Shown here: piece after piece, positions 9,025-17,252 of the stretch
Numbering within the stretch: the stretch's first letter is position 1
Layout: every line of letters begins with the position of its first letter
Virus record (IMG/VR): IMGVR_UViG_3300031998_000055
Direction: 5' to 3' (one strand)
DNA: 64,000 nt
Origin: an uncultured virus (IMG/VR IMGVR_UViG_3300031998_000055)
Taxonomy: Duplodnaviria; Heunggongvirae; Uroviricota; Caudoviricetes
Made by a program: the position numbers and the translations under genes
The notes under the pieces: generated by a model
What the model was told of the DNA's origin: nothing
Databases searched by the model: none
What the model saw: only the letters and a program-made list of their open reading frames with translations

Positions 9025-9780
9025 TCAGTCGTCGATGAGGTGCCAATGTCCTGCTTCATCCTTCTCATACAGGTCTTCGTCCCCCTGGACCCTGATGGCC
9101 AGGTCGAATGCCGCATCGCTGCCGTCCTCAAGGTATTCGACGCGGCAGTTGTGGTACTTGTAGTCGTAATAGCCGCAGTTATGGCCCACATCCTCGTCGG
9201 CGAACTCGACGGATTCGATCCCGTTCGGGATCATCTCGGACAGCTCGTAGATGATGGGGACGGGGGTCGACCAAGCCGTCTGGAAGAACACGAGCAGCTC
9301 ATCTGGGTTGTCCCTGTAATTGTAGGAATTCCATTTGGTGCCCCAGTTCTCGACGGCCCATTGGTACCAGCTGCAGCATCCGTAGTCGAGGATATTCTGG
9401 ATGGCCTTCTTGCCGAGGTCGATCAGCTTGTCGTAATCGCCTCTTGCCTTCCTCCTCTCGGCGATCTCATCCAAGGCTTCGTCGGACAGTCCCTGGTATC
9501 GGGGGAAGACCTGCTTGCTCATGGCGTCGATGACCTTCTCGATCGTCTTTTTGGTCCCGGGCAGCCCGGATCTCCTCAAGTCGCGGAGGATCAGCTCGAT
9601 GCCGTCTCCGAGGTCGGAGCTGCATTCAATGCCGAGCTCTTTCGGCATGGGGATGATCTTGTTGAAGTCGAATACCTCATCCCCGCCTTCGACGGAAGGC
9701 GCGGATACGCACATCTCCTTGAACAGGTCGAAGGCTTTCTGATTCTTGAACGTGATGATGTTCGTTACATGATTTGGCAT
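9025..9780 (-). CDS. DUF1281/YubB-like (ferredoxin-like fold) protein
   Basis: MPNHVTN, FDFNKIIPMP, WYQWAVENWGTKWN and FQTAWSTP motifs. Confidence 0.8.
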   Translation of the reverse strand: MPNHVTNIITFKNQKAFDLFKEMCVSAPSVEGGDEVFDFNKIIPMPKELGIECSSDLGDGIELILRDLRRSGLPGTKKTIEKVIDAMSKQVFPRYQGLSDEALDEIAERRKARGDYDKLIDLGKKAIQNILDYGCCSWYQWAVENWGTKWNSYNYRDNPDELLVFFQTAWSTPVPIIYELSEMIPNGIESVEFADEDVGHNCGYYDYKYHNCRVEYLEDGSDAAFDLAIRVQGDEDLYEKDEAGHWHLIDD

Positions 9781-9806
9781 GCTTTCTCTCCTATGATGAT
9801 AATGAT

Positions 9807-10058
9807 TCAGCGGGCCATCGTGAGATGGATGTTCGTGAGGGCCCACTCGGCCTCGTCCCTGAGGGACATGCAATGGCCGGTGAAGGTGTATCTGAAGGCG
9901 CCGGATTTCCCGCGCCCGCCCAGATCGATGAGGTTGACGACCGTCGCCTCGAAGCGGCGGTTGCCGTTGCGGTCGTTCTTGAGGCCGCAGAGGATGACGA
10001 GGTAGTCGCCTCCCATGAGGAGGAAGGCATCCTGGGTGCTCAGCTGTTTAGTCATCAT
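9807..10058 (-). CDS. hypothetical protein
   Basis: 83-aa ORF with overlapping start/stop in the operon. Confidence 0.6.
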   Translation of the reverse strand: MMTKQLSTQDAFLLMGGDYLVILCGLKNDRNGNRRFEATVVNLIDLGGRGKSGAFRYTFTGHCMSLRDEAEWALTNIHLTMAR

Positions 10059-10381
10059 CTGTCCTCCGGGTCGACGAAGATTATCTCCATCGGGTTGTTC
10101 TGGAAATCCAGGTGATGGGCGAACCCATTGTCCTGGAGGAACTGCCTGGCGGCCTTGAGGAGGGCCTTCTTCTCGGGGTCGCGGCAGTATACCGACTCCT
10201 CGGCGACCCCCATATAGAAGGATATCTCAAGGGAATGGGCCTTGATGTCCCTCGGGATGTCGTCGTACACGACGTGGTGGCTGAACCCATCCAATTGGAT
10301 GGCGAGCAGCCTTTTGTTGGGGAAGAGCTTCTCGAAGCTCTTGAGGATCTTGCGATTCTTGGAATGGACGGTGCTCATCAT
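10055..10381 (-). CDS. hypothetical protein
   Basis: 108-aa ORF with AGGAGG RBS. Confidence 0.65.
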   Translation of the reverse strand: MMSTVHSKNRKILKSFEKLFPNKRLLAIQLDGFSHHVVYDDIPRDIKAHSLEISFYMGVAEESVYCRDPEKKALLKAARQFLQDNGFAHHLDFQNNPMEIIFVDPEDR

Positions 10382-10869
10382 TCTTCTCCTCCTTCCTGGT
10401 CGCTGCGGCCCGCCGGGGCGTACAGGTATTTCCTGCCGTAGTCCCCGAGCGTCAGACGGTAGGCGGTAGCCTCGAGGTCTTCAAGGCTCTTCACCTCATC
10501 GTAGTAGCCGCCATCCAGCAGCCTTCCTATCTCGCGGAAGTTGGCTGCGTTGGAGTTGTGGGTGGCGTTCCTGGCGGCATACGCTCCTTTGCCGTAATGG
10601 ACGACGAGCATCTCCTGGACGGAGAAGGACGGGATCATGCCCCCATTCGGAACAAGATATATCCTCAGCTCGCATCCTTTGCACGATCCGATCGAGCTTT
10701 CGTAGGCCTGGGATGCCTTGCTCATCACGGAGCTGATGAGATTGACGGCCCCTTGCTTGTGGTACAGCTCATTGAGGCGGATATCGCCGAGGCCGGCTAG
10801 CATCAGGATGTTGTCTGCTTTCTTTTTGTCGCGGATGTATCTTGCAGACAGTATATTCTTCACGGCCAT
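10378..10869 (-). CDS. hypothetical protein
   Basis: 163-aa ORF with RBS and the leader motif at 10885-10896. Confidence 0.7.
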   Translation of the reverse strand: MAVKNILSARYIRDKKKADNILMLAGLGDIRLNELYHKQGAVNLISSVMSKASQAYESSIGSCKGCELRIYLVPNGGMIPSFSVQEMLVVHYGKGAYAARNATHNSNAANFREIGRLLDGGYYDEVKSLEDLEATAYRLTLGDYGRKYLYAPAGRSDQEGGEE

Positions 10870-10905
10870 ATATGGCTCCTTTCGATGATAATGATTCAGG
10901 GGATC

Positions 10906-11220
10906 TCAGTCCCCGTACTTCAGGAGGATATCCTCCTTCGTGTCGTATAGGATGATGGGGGCTTTCGGCCCGGCGTACGGAATGGCGCGGATGGTATTGT
11001 AATCGATCCATTCGACGGCCTCCTCCTCGGACCAGCCCTCATCCTCCATCAGCTCCTCGACCATCTTCTGGTAGGAGTAGACGATTCTATTGTCGTCGGT
11101 GACGCCCACGATGGATTTGTCGTAGGCCATCGAGTCGAGGATTATCGGCTGTTCATCCTCCTCGAGCTGCATCTCCTCGCACATGGCGGCGAGGGCTTTG
11201 CGGAATCTTTCGTCTTTCAT
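10906..11220 (-). CDS. conserved phage hypothetical protein
   Basis: IVYSYQKMVEELMEDEGWSEEEAVEWIDYNTIRA...GPKAPII pattern. Confidence 0.75.
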   Translation of the reverse strand: MKDERFRKALAAMCEEMQLEEDEQPIILDSMAYDKSIVGVTDDNRIVYSYQKMVEELMEDEGWSEEEAVEWIDYNTIRAIPYAGPKAPIILYDTKEDILLKYGD

Positions 11221-11224
11221 GGGA

Positions 11225-11569
11225 TTATCCTCCTATGTATGATTCGTACGGGATGACCTCGGATTCGTTCCGCACCCCGTTCCAATGATACCGCCTGACG
11301 TGCAGGCGCTTGGACTTCGCGGCCTCCCGGATTTCCTTCAGGACGCCCGGATAGGCGGCTTCGAAATCCGCTTCCCTCCGATAGGATGAGGCTTCGCCGC
11401 AGTCGATGGACGACGCGGAGCGGAAGCTCAGGTCCTTCTTCAGGGTGAGGTCGAACTCATGCCCGAACCTCAGTATGCCCATGCTGCGGCTGCGGTCTTC
11501 GGTGAGGCACAGCATCTCCTCGCCGGTGTCCTCATCCCAGCACGTGGTCATCGTTATCTCGTATTGCAT
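11225..11569 (-). CDS. hypothetical protein
   Basis: Start refined to MQYEIT after AGGAGG. Confidence 0.6.
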   Translation of the reverse strand: MQYEITMTTCWDEDTGEEMLCLTEDRSRSMGILRFGHEFDLTLKKDLSFRSASSIDCGEASSYRREADFEAAYPGVLKEIREAAKSKRLHVRRYHWNGVRNESEVIPYESYIGG

Positions 11570-11586
11570 GCTTCTTCCTCCTATGA

Positions 11587-12012
11587 TCATGATTCGAGCC
11601 AAGAGGGGTCGTATCCCTCGAGGCGGCCTTCCGGGGACAGCCTGAACGGCGGGTCGAGGTCTATCCTGACCCTCCCCCCATACAGTTCGGACCCCTCTGG
11701 GCGGACGTAGTCCTTGAGCTGGTAGTCGTAGGGCTGGAACGACGGGCGCATCGGCCTGCCTTCCGAGTCCAAGGCCCCTATCTCGCAGGTGAAGTAGGCG
11801 AGGCGGATGGTATCGGGCCTCCTATGCTCCATCCTGAAGACCCCGTAGACCGGGTATTCCGCAGGCTTGGCGGAGCCCCATCGGTCGTCGAGGGGGCATG
11901 GCGCCTCGTAATGGGCGCGGGTGAGGGTCTCGAGCACCGTGAGGGTGCCGATGCGGGGCATGAGGCGGTCCTCATGCTCCCCGTCGATCCAATCGTATTT
12001 CCTGAACTCCAT
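11587..12012 (-). CDS. hypothetical protein
   Basis: Distal part of ORF 11587..13074; MEFRKY start after AAAGGAGG. Confidence 0.6.
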   Translation of the reverse strand: MEFRKYDWIDGEHEDRLMPRIGTLTVLETLTRAHYEAPCPLDDRWGSAKPAEYPVYGVFRMEHRRPDTIRLAYFTCEIGALDSEGRPMRPSFQPYDYQLKDYVRPEGSELYGGRVRIDLDPPFRLSPEGRLEGYDPSWLES

Positions 12013-12191
12013 AAGAGTCCTCCTTTCCATGATACGTCTGCGGCCCCGCCCCGGAGCGCAGCGCCTCAGCGCATTCCCCGAGGCGATGCCCAACCCGGGC
12101 AGAGGCTCCGCGACTTGCGGATGGCGATGTCGCGGAGAAGGCCGGGTTTGCGAGGCGCGGGGAATCCGCGCACCCGGACCCCAGGCGCGGA

Positions 12192-12300
12192 GGGTCGAAG
12201 ACCCAGCGGAGGGGCGGTCGGGGGAAGGGCGCGGAGCGCCCCCGCAGGGCCGGCGGCAGGGGGCGGAGCCCCCGGTGGGGAGAGGGGCGCGGAGCGCCCC
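12192..12300 (+). repeat. cluster of four C-GNA-G triloop hairpins
   Basis: GGGTC-GAA-GACCC, GGGCGC-GGA-GCGCCC, GGGGGC-GGA-GCCCCC, GGGGCGC-GGA-GCGCCCC. Confidence 0.85.
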
Positions 12301-12305
12301 GGGGA

Positions 12306-12602
12306 TCAGTCCGGATAGGACGTGTCCCTCGAGCGGCGCTTCGGCGGGACGCGGTCCTTCCTCAGGGTCAGCGAGATCGATTCGCCGCCGAAGAAGTGGA
12401 TGTCGGTCCTGTCCCTCTTCAGAGAAGCCAGCTTGCGCTTGGCGGCCTCGTAGTTGGCGATCGAGATCCCGATCCCGCCGCAGTTCATCGTGTCGCAGCA
12501 GTAATGCTCCCCGAGGAGCTTGACGAACTCCTTCTCGTCGATCTCGACGACGGAGCGGTCGGCCCCGTAATGGGACTGCTTGAAGTAATGGAATCTGCTC
12601 AT
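12306..12602 (-). CDS. hypothetical protein
   Basis: 98-aa ORF overlapping the upstream stop. Confidence 0.6.
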   Translation of the reverse strand: MSRFHYFKQSHYGADRSVVEIDEKEFVKLLGEHYCCDTMNCGGIGISIANYEAAKRKLASLKRDRTDIHFFGGESISLTLRKDRVPPKRRSRDTSYPD

Positions 12603-12898
12603 GCTTCGTGCTTCTTCTTTCCCGCAGGGAGCCCGTCCAGCCCGCTGAACGCCGGCTCCTGCGATGATAATGACTCGATCCCGGCCTTGATGGCCATGGC
12701 AGACGCCACTGCCTCCAAAGCGGAATGGTACAGGACCATGGCGAACAGGTGGTCCTGCGATTCGTGCTCAAGGGCGATGCAGCCCTTGGCGATGACCTCC
12801 TTCGGGAGCATCTCGGAGAGGATACTGAACGTCTCTGGGTAGAGCTTCTCGCACCTCTCGATCTCCTTCGGGGATATCTTCTTCTCTTCCTCAGCCAT
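12599..12898 (-). CDS. hypothetical protein
   Basis: Start refined to MAEEEK after GGAGGT. Confidence 0.6.
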   Translation of the reverse strand: MAEEEKKISPKEIERCEKLYPETFSILSEMLPKEVIAKGCIALEHESQDHLFAMVLYHSALEAVASAMAIKAGIESLSSQEPAFSGLDGLPAGKKKHEA

Positions 12899-13436
12899 TG
12901 AGGGCCACCTCCGCGATCGCCGTCTGGAGCAATTCGCTTTCCCTGGGATCGAATTCGATCTGAAGAGCATCCAATTCCCCCTTCTTGTCGCGGTGGCCGT
13001 ATACCGGCACCCTCGTCGACAATCCCTGGGAGGAGGGGGCGAAGAACTGCTTCGAGTTGATGTTGACCCAGCATCTTCCGGAATGCTCCTTCTCGAGCTG
13101 CGCCACGTATTCGCCGAGCTGGTTGAGCGTATACGCCTTCTTCGGGTGGGAGAAGAACCCGACGACCCCGCTCAGCGCGGATTGCGTGTAGCCGATGAAC
13201 TCGGACGTCTCGAGGGAATCCCCCGGATAATCCGCGTGGACGACCATGATCGCGGTGATCCTCTGGGCGTCGTCCGACACGGCGTAATGGCAGTAGTATC
13301 TGCCTTTCTTCATCTGGATGGAGCCGAGGAACCCCGCAACGCCTTCCCTCCCTTCGAGAGGGGATACGTCGAGGAGCCCCGTGCTCAATAGTGTGAACAT
13401 GCCGGCGTACATTACCGGCCTAATCTCTTTTTCCAT
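12891..13436 (-). CDS. hypothetical protein
   Basis: 181-aa ORF with RBS. Confidence 0.65.
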   Translation of the reverse strand: MEKEIRPVMYAGMFTLLSTGLLDVSPLEGREGVAGFLGSIQMKKGRYYCHYAVSDDAQRITAIMVVHADYPGDSLETSEFIGYTQSALSGVVGFFSHPKKAYTLNQLGEYVAQLEKEHSGRCWVNINSKQFFAPSSQGLSTRVPVYGHRDKKGELDALQIEFDPRESELLQTAIAEVALNG

Positions 13437-13491
13437 GGTTTCGTTTCCTTTCGTCTATATGATAATGCATATGCATGCGCGATCGCAAGGG

Positions 13492-14742
13492 TCAATTCCC
13501 GGCGAGGGCCTGGTCGAATTTCGCCCAGAACCTGTTGAACGCCACGGGGGTGTACGCCTTGTTGATGGGGTATCTGTCCTGATAGGCAGCTTCCCTGCTG
13601 CCGATGGACGACGCCACGGCCACCCACAAAGCCTCCTGCCCTTCGACCGTCTCGAGCTTCGGCGCGGCCTCGGAGATGAGGAAATCCGGCGCCGGGACGC
13701 TTGAAACGGCCCCCGCGAGGTAAGAAGCGCCCTCCGCGAGGAGAAGGGAGTTGGCGTCTTTCTGATTCCTGTAGTCGGCGGTCAATACGGAGACCCTGAG
13801 GTCCTTCATGTAGCGGATGGCCAATCTGGTGGCCCTTTCGCCCGCCTCGTCCCTGTCGAACCCGAGGACGACGGTCCTGTCTGGGATCTTCCTGAGGATG
13901 TCGAGGTGCCTGTCGCTCAAAGAGCAGCCGAGGGGGGACACGACGTTGCGCACGCCGGCCGCGATGTAGGAAAGGGCGTCGAACGCGCCTTCCACGACGA
14001 TGATCTCCTTGGAATCCCTGTCGAGGAGGGCTCCCGCGTTGTAGAACACGTCCCTCTTCCTGAAGATGGAGGAGTTCTCGGAGATGAGGTATTTCGGATG
14101 GGAATCGTCCACTTCGCGATCGGGCAGGCGGCCGATGAATCCGATGATGTTGCCATGGTAGTCCTTGATGGGGAGGATGTACCTTCCGGCGAACACGCAT
14201 TCGCCCCTGTCGTTGCCGACGCCGCACTTGACGGCGAGCTTGGCGTCCTTGGTGAAGATGACGCCTTTCGGGCAATAGCCGAAGATGAATTCCTCGGCGA
14301 GCGATCCGACGCCCCTCTTCTCGAAGAACTTGGGGTCGGGGGCCTTTTCGAGGCATCCTTTGAAGTACATCGCGAGCCTCAGGTTGTTCTTGAGGAGGAT
14401 GTCGGCCGGCAGCCGGTCTTCCTCGGGGGCGGCTGGGACGGCTGCGGATGAGACGCGCGGGGCATCGTACTCGACGCCGAAGCTCTCGCAGATCCAGATG
14501 GCTGCGGCTTTGTTGTCGAGGTTGAGCAGATGCATGGCGAGGTCGATGTTGGATCCCTGCCTATGGCATCCGAAGCAGAAGAAGGTGTTGTTGTCGTCGT
14601 ACAGGGCCATCGAGGGCTTCCTGTCGTCGTGGAATGGGCAGCTGACCATCGCGCCTTTGCGGGTCTTCTTGACTTTCTTGTTGGTGATCTTCTCCCAAAC
14701 GTCGGTGATATGCACGGTTTTCGCGGCTTCAAAAAGTTTCAT
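13492..14742 (-). CDS. dnaG: DNA primase (CHC2 zinc finger + TOPRIM)
   Basis: CPFHDDRKPS...FFCFGC zinc finger; IIGFIGR, PKY, VVEGAFD and FDRDEAG TOPRIM motifs. Confidence 0.92.
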   Translation of the reverse strand: MKLFEAAKTVHITDVWEKITNKKVKKTRKGAMVSCPFHDDRKPSMALYDDNNTFFCFGCHRQGSNIDLAMHLLNLDNKAAAIWICESFGVEYDAPRVSSAAVPAAPEEDRLPADILLKNNLRLAMYFKGCLEKAPDPKFFEKRGVGSLAEEFIFGYCPKGVIFTKDAKLAVKCGVGNDRGECVFAGRYILPIKDYHGNIIGFIGRLPDREVDDSHPKYLISENSSIFRKRDVFYNAGALLDRDSKEIIVVEGAFDALSYIAAGVRNVVSPLGCSLSDRHLDILRKIPDRTVVLGFDRDEAGERATRLAIRYMKDLRVSVLTADYRNQKDANSLLLAEGASYLAGAVSSVPAPDFLISEAAPKLETVEGQEALWVAVASSIGSREAAYQDRYPINKAYTPVAFNRFWAKFDQALAGN

Positions 14743-14782
14743 GGATCTCTCCTTTACAGATGATAATGATTCCGGAAGGCTA

Positions 14783-15073
14783 TCATGCCATGTATTCGTA
14801 AGCCTTCTCTATGCATTCCCGAGAGGGCTCGTCGAAGTCCCCAGCCTCGATGAAGCCCTCGATTTGGTAAACCAATTCGTCGATATCGACTTCGAATCCC
14901 TTTTCATGGACGAAGTCGAATATGCGTTGGCAGACTTTCTCGTATTCCTTGTCGCTGTAGTCCGATGTGGTGAGGTTGTCGTCCACCGCCGCGACGATGA
15001 GTATCTTGACGACGATGTACGGATCTTTTCCATGGAGCTCATCGGTGAGTTTGCTAATTTCTTTGTAGGTCAT
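14783..15073 (-). CDS. hypothetical protein
   Basis: 96-aa acidic ORF with the leader motif at 15089-15100. Confidence 0.6.
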   Translation of the reverse strand: MTYKEISKLTDELHGKDPYIVVKILIVAAVDDNLTTSDYSDKEYEKVCQRIFDFVHEKGFEVDIDELVYQIEGFIEAGDFDEPSRECIEKAYEYMA

Positions 15074-15107
15074 GTTTTTTGCCTTTTTATGATAATGATT
15101 GATAACA

Positions 15108-15794
15108 TCAGCTGAATCGGCGCCCTTCCTCGAACAGGACTTCTTCGGAGATGTCCTTCCATTCGCCTTCGGGCTCCGGATCGCCGGGTTTGGCGATCAG
15201 CAATGGGTGGAGTGCCCAGAGGCCGACCCATTCTCTGCAGGTCGCCCCCTTGTCGTCGTAGTCCCCGCCCCCCTTGCCGTTGCCGATGCAGGTGAGGAGG
15301 GGGATCGGATGGATGATGAGCGTTTCCGGGCCTTCCCCCCAGGGGGAGATGTTGAGCTCGATCCTCTTGCGGATCTGCGCGGCTCTGTATTTCCGGAGGG
15401 ATATCTTCTCCTTCCTTATGAGGTCATAGACGACGATATCGTCTACGTTGCCCTGGAATTCGAGGACGTCCGGATCATCGGGCTCGATCCTGCGGACGCC
15501 GTTGTCCGCCGCCCGCTTCGCCCGGAGGAATATCCTCTCGTAGTCGCGGCCGTCGCCGGAGTAGCGGCCGCTCATCCTGATGTCCTCGTCGATGTCGGAG
15601 TAGTCGCCGACCCAGGCCAAGGTGAATTCCTTGGCGGCCATGGCCTTGGCGAGGACGGCGTTGACGAAGCAGTTGCCGAGATAGGAATGCTCCATCAGCT
15701 TAAGCCCGTTGTGGTCGTAGGCATGGGAGAAGAAGGAACCGATGACGGTCCCTCCTTCCCTATTCATGACGATCGGATAGTAATATTGTCCCAT
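15108..15794 (-). CDS. conserved phage hypothetical protein
   Basis: MGQYY, GLKLMEHSY, WVGDY and IHPIPLLTCIGNGKGGGDY motifs. Confidence 0.75.
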   Translation of the reverse strand: MGQYYYPIVMNREGGTVIGSFFSHAYDHNGLKLMEHSYLGNCFVNAVLAKAMAAKEFTLAWVGDYSDIDEDIRMSGRYSGDGRDYERIFLRAKRAADNGVRRIEPDDPDVLEFQGNVDDIVVYDLIRKEKISLRKYRAAQIRKRIELNISPWGEGPETLIIHPIPLLTCIGNGKGGGDYDDKGATCREWVGLWALHPLLIAKPGDPEPEGEWKDISEEVLFEEGRRFS

Positions 15795-15812
15795 ATGGGC
15801 CTCCTTTCATGG

Positions 15813-16298
15813 TCAGATCTTCCCATCCACGAGATCGAGGATGGATTGGTATATCAGCCCGAGCGCCGCCTTCCCCAGCGTTTGGCTGAAGTCGATGTAA
15901 TTCTCGCCTTCGCTCTTGGTCGGATCGGGGATGAACGACTGCTGCTGCGCGGCGAAGAACGCCGGATCGTCCCTTTCCGCTTTGTCGAGGTTGAAATGTA
16001 TCTTCACCGGAGGATTGAGCGGCTGGAAGTCGTAATCCCGGATCTCGATGGAAGAGAAAACCGGAAGATACTGCGTCTTCCGGTTCCTCTTGACTTCCCT
16101 GAACCTATAGGTGATGTACCCCGCGAAATCCACAAGGTGCCCTTTATCCCTGTACACCCTTTGGACGAGGGCGATGTAGTGGTCGTCGTCCGTTCCGGGG
16201 TTCGAGGTGACGGCGAGGTGGGCGTTGGGTCGGTCAACCGACAGGCTGCCCTCGATGATGGCCGCCAGGTGGAGCGGATTCTGATAATCGACTCCCAT
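15813..16298 (-). CDS. hypothetical protein
   Basis: 161-aa ORF with RBS. Confidence 0.65.
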   Translation of the reverse strand: MGVDYQNPLHLAAIIEGSLSVDRPNAHLAVTSNPGTDDDHYIALVQRVYRDKGHLVDFAGYITYRFREVKRNRKTQYLPVFSSIEIRDYDFQPLNPPVKIHFNLDKAERDDPAFFAAQQQSFIPDPTKSEGENYIDFSQTLGKAALGLIYQSILDLVDGKI

Positions 16299-16879
16299 CA
16301 GTTCTCCTCCTCTTGGGGGGCGGCGAGCTTCTGGAAGGAAGCCACCCTCTTCTTCTCCTCCGTCTCGGTGAGGAGGGAAGCCACCGATTGAGGCAAGCTT
16401 CCATTGGCCTTCGCCTCGAAGAGCTTGTCGTTCTGGATCTCGATGGTCCGCCTGGTGTAATCGGATAGGATTCCGGCGGCGTTCAGATTATCGATGACCG
16501 CATCCCTGACTTTTTTCTTGGTCGTGGACCTGACGACGCAGATCTGCGTCTTCACCGAGACCCCTCCGACGGTTTCGCCGGTGTTTTTGTCCACGATGCT
16601 GACGAGGCAATCATCATTCGGGAAGTCCGTTTCCGGACGGTCTTCGATATCCTGGATGACCAATGAGCAGATGTCGGAGAATTCCTGGATCCTGCGCCCA
16701 AGATAGGCGGTCAGCGCGATCTGGTCGTTGAGGGGGAGGGCATGGATGGCTTCTGCCCTTTCCTCGGGGGTGGTTGGGTTTTCCCTCGATCCGAATACTT
16801 TATCGAAGATCGGGGAGAAATCGACTGCGGTGGTGTAATCTGGGGTGGTTTTGACTGGGTTTTGAGCTTTTCTTGCCAT
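16298..16879 (-). CDS. hypothetical protein
   Basis: 193-aa ORF with RBS and leader motif. Confidence 0.7.
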   Translation of the reverse strand: MARKAQNPVKTTPDYTTAVDFSPIFDKVFGSRENPTTPEERAEAIHALPLNDQIALTAYLGRRIQEFSDICSLVIQDIEDRPETDFPNDDCLVSIVDKNTGETVGGVSVKTQICVVRSTTKKKVRDAVIDNLNAAGILSDYTRRTIEIQNDKLFEAKANGSLPQSVASLLTETEEKKRVASFQKLAAPQEEEN

Positions 16880-16912
16880 AATAGGCTCCTTTCATGATAA
16901 TGATACTTATGA

Positions 16913-17212
16913 TTAGAATTCGGTAATCGCGGACATCACATCATCGATGCCGTATACCTTTTTGAGGGATTCGATGAATTCATCCCTGAGGCGGCTTGCC
17001 TCTTCGACCGCCCTATCCTCATTGAAGGTGGCTTGAGGGGGGATCGGGAATTTCTTCATTTCATCGAATAACGCGTTCCATAGGTCGTCGTACACGCATT
17101 CGCTTCCGACCACAAGAGTACATTTTCCCGCGATTTCGACAAGATCTACGCCATATTTCCCGAGGATCTCGGCCATCGCGGCTTTCGCTTTTTCTTTGGA
17201 TTCAAATTTCAT
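16913..17212 (-). CDS. hypothetical protein
   Basis: 99-aa ORF with RBS and leader motif. Confidence 0.65.
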   Translation of the reverse strand: MKFESKEKAKAAMAEILGKYGVDLVEIAGKCTLVVGSECVYDDLWNALFDEMKKFPIPPQATFNEDRAVEEASRLRDEFIESLKKVYGIDDVMSAITEF

Positions 17213-17252
17213 AGCGGTTTTAACTCCTTTATGATGATAATGATACGCTTCC

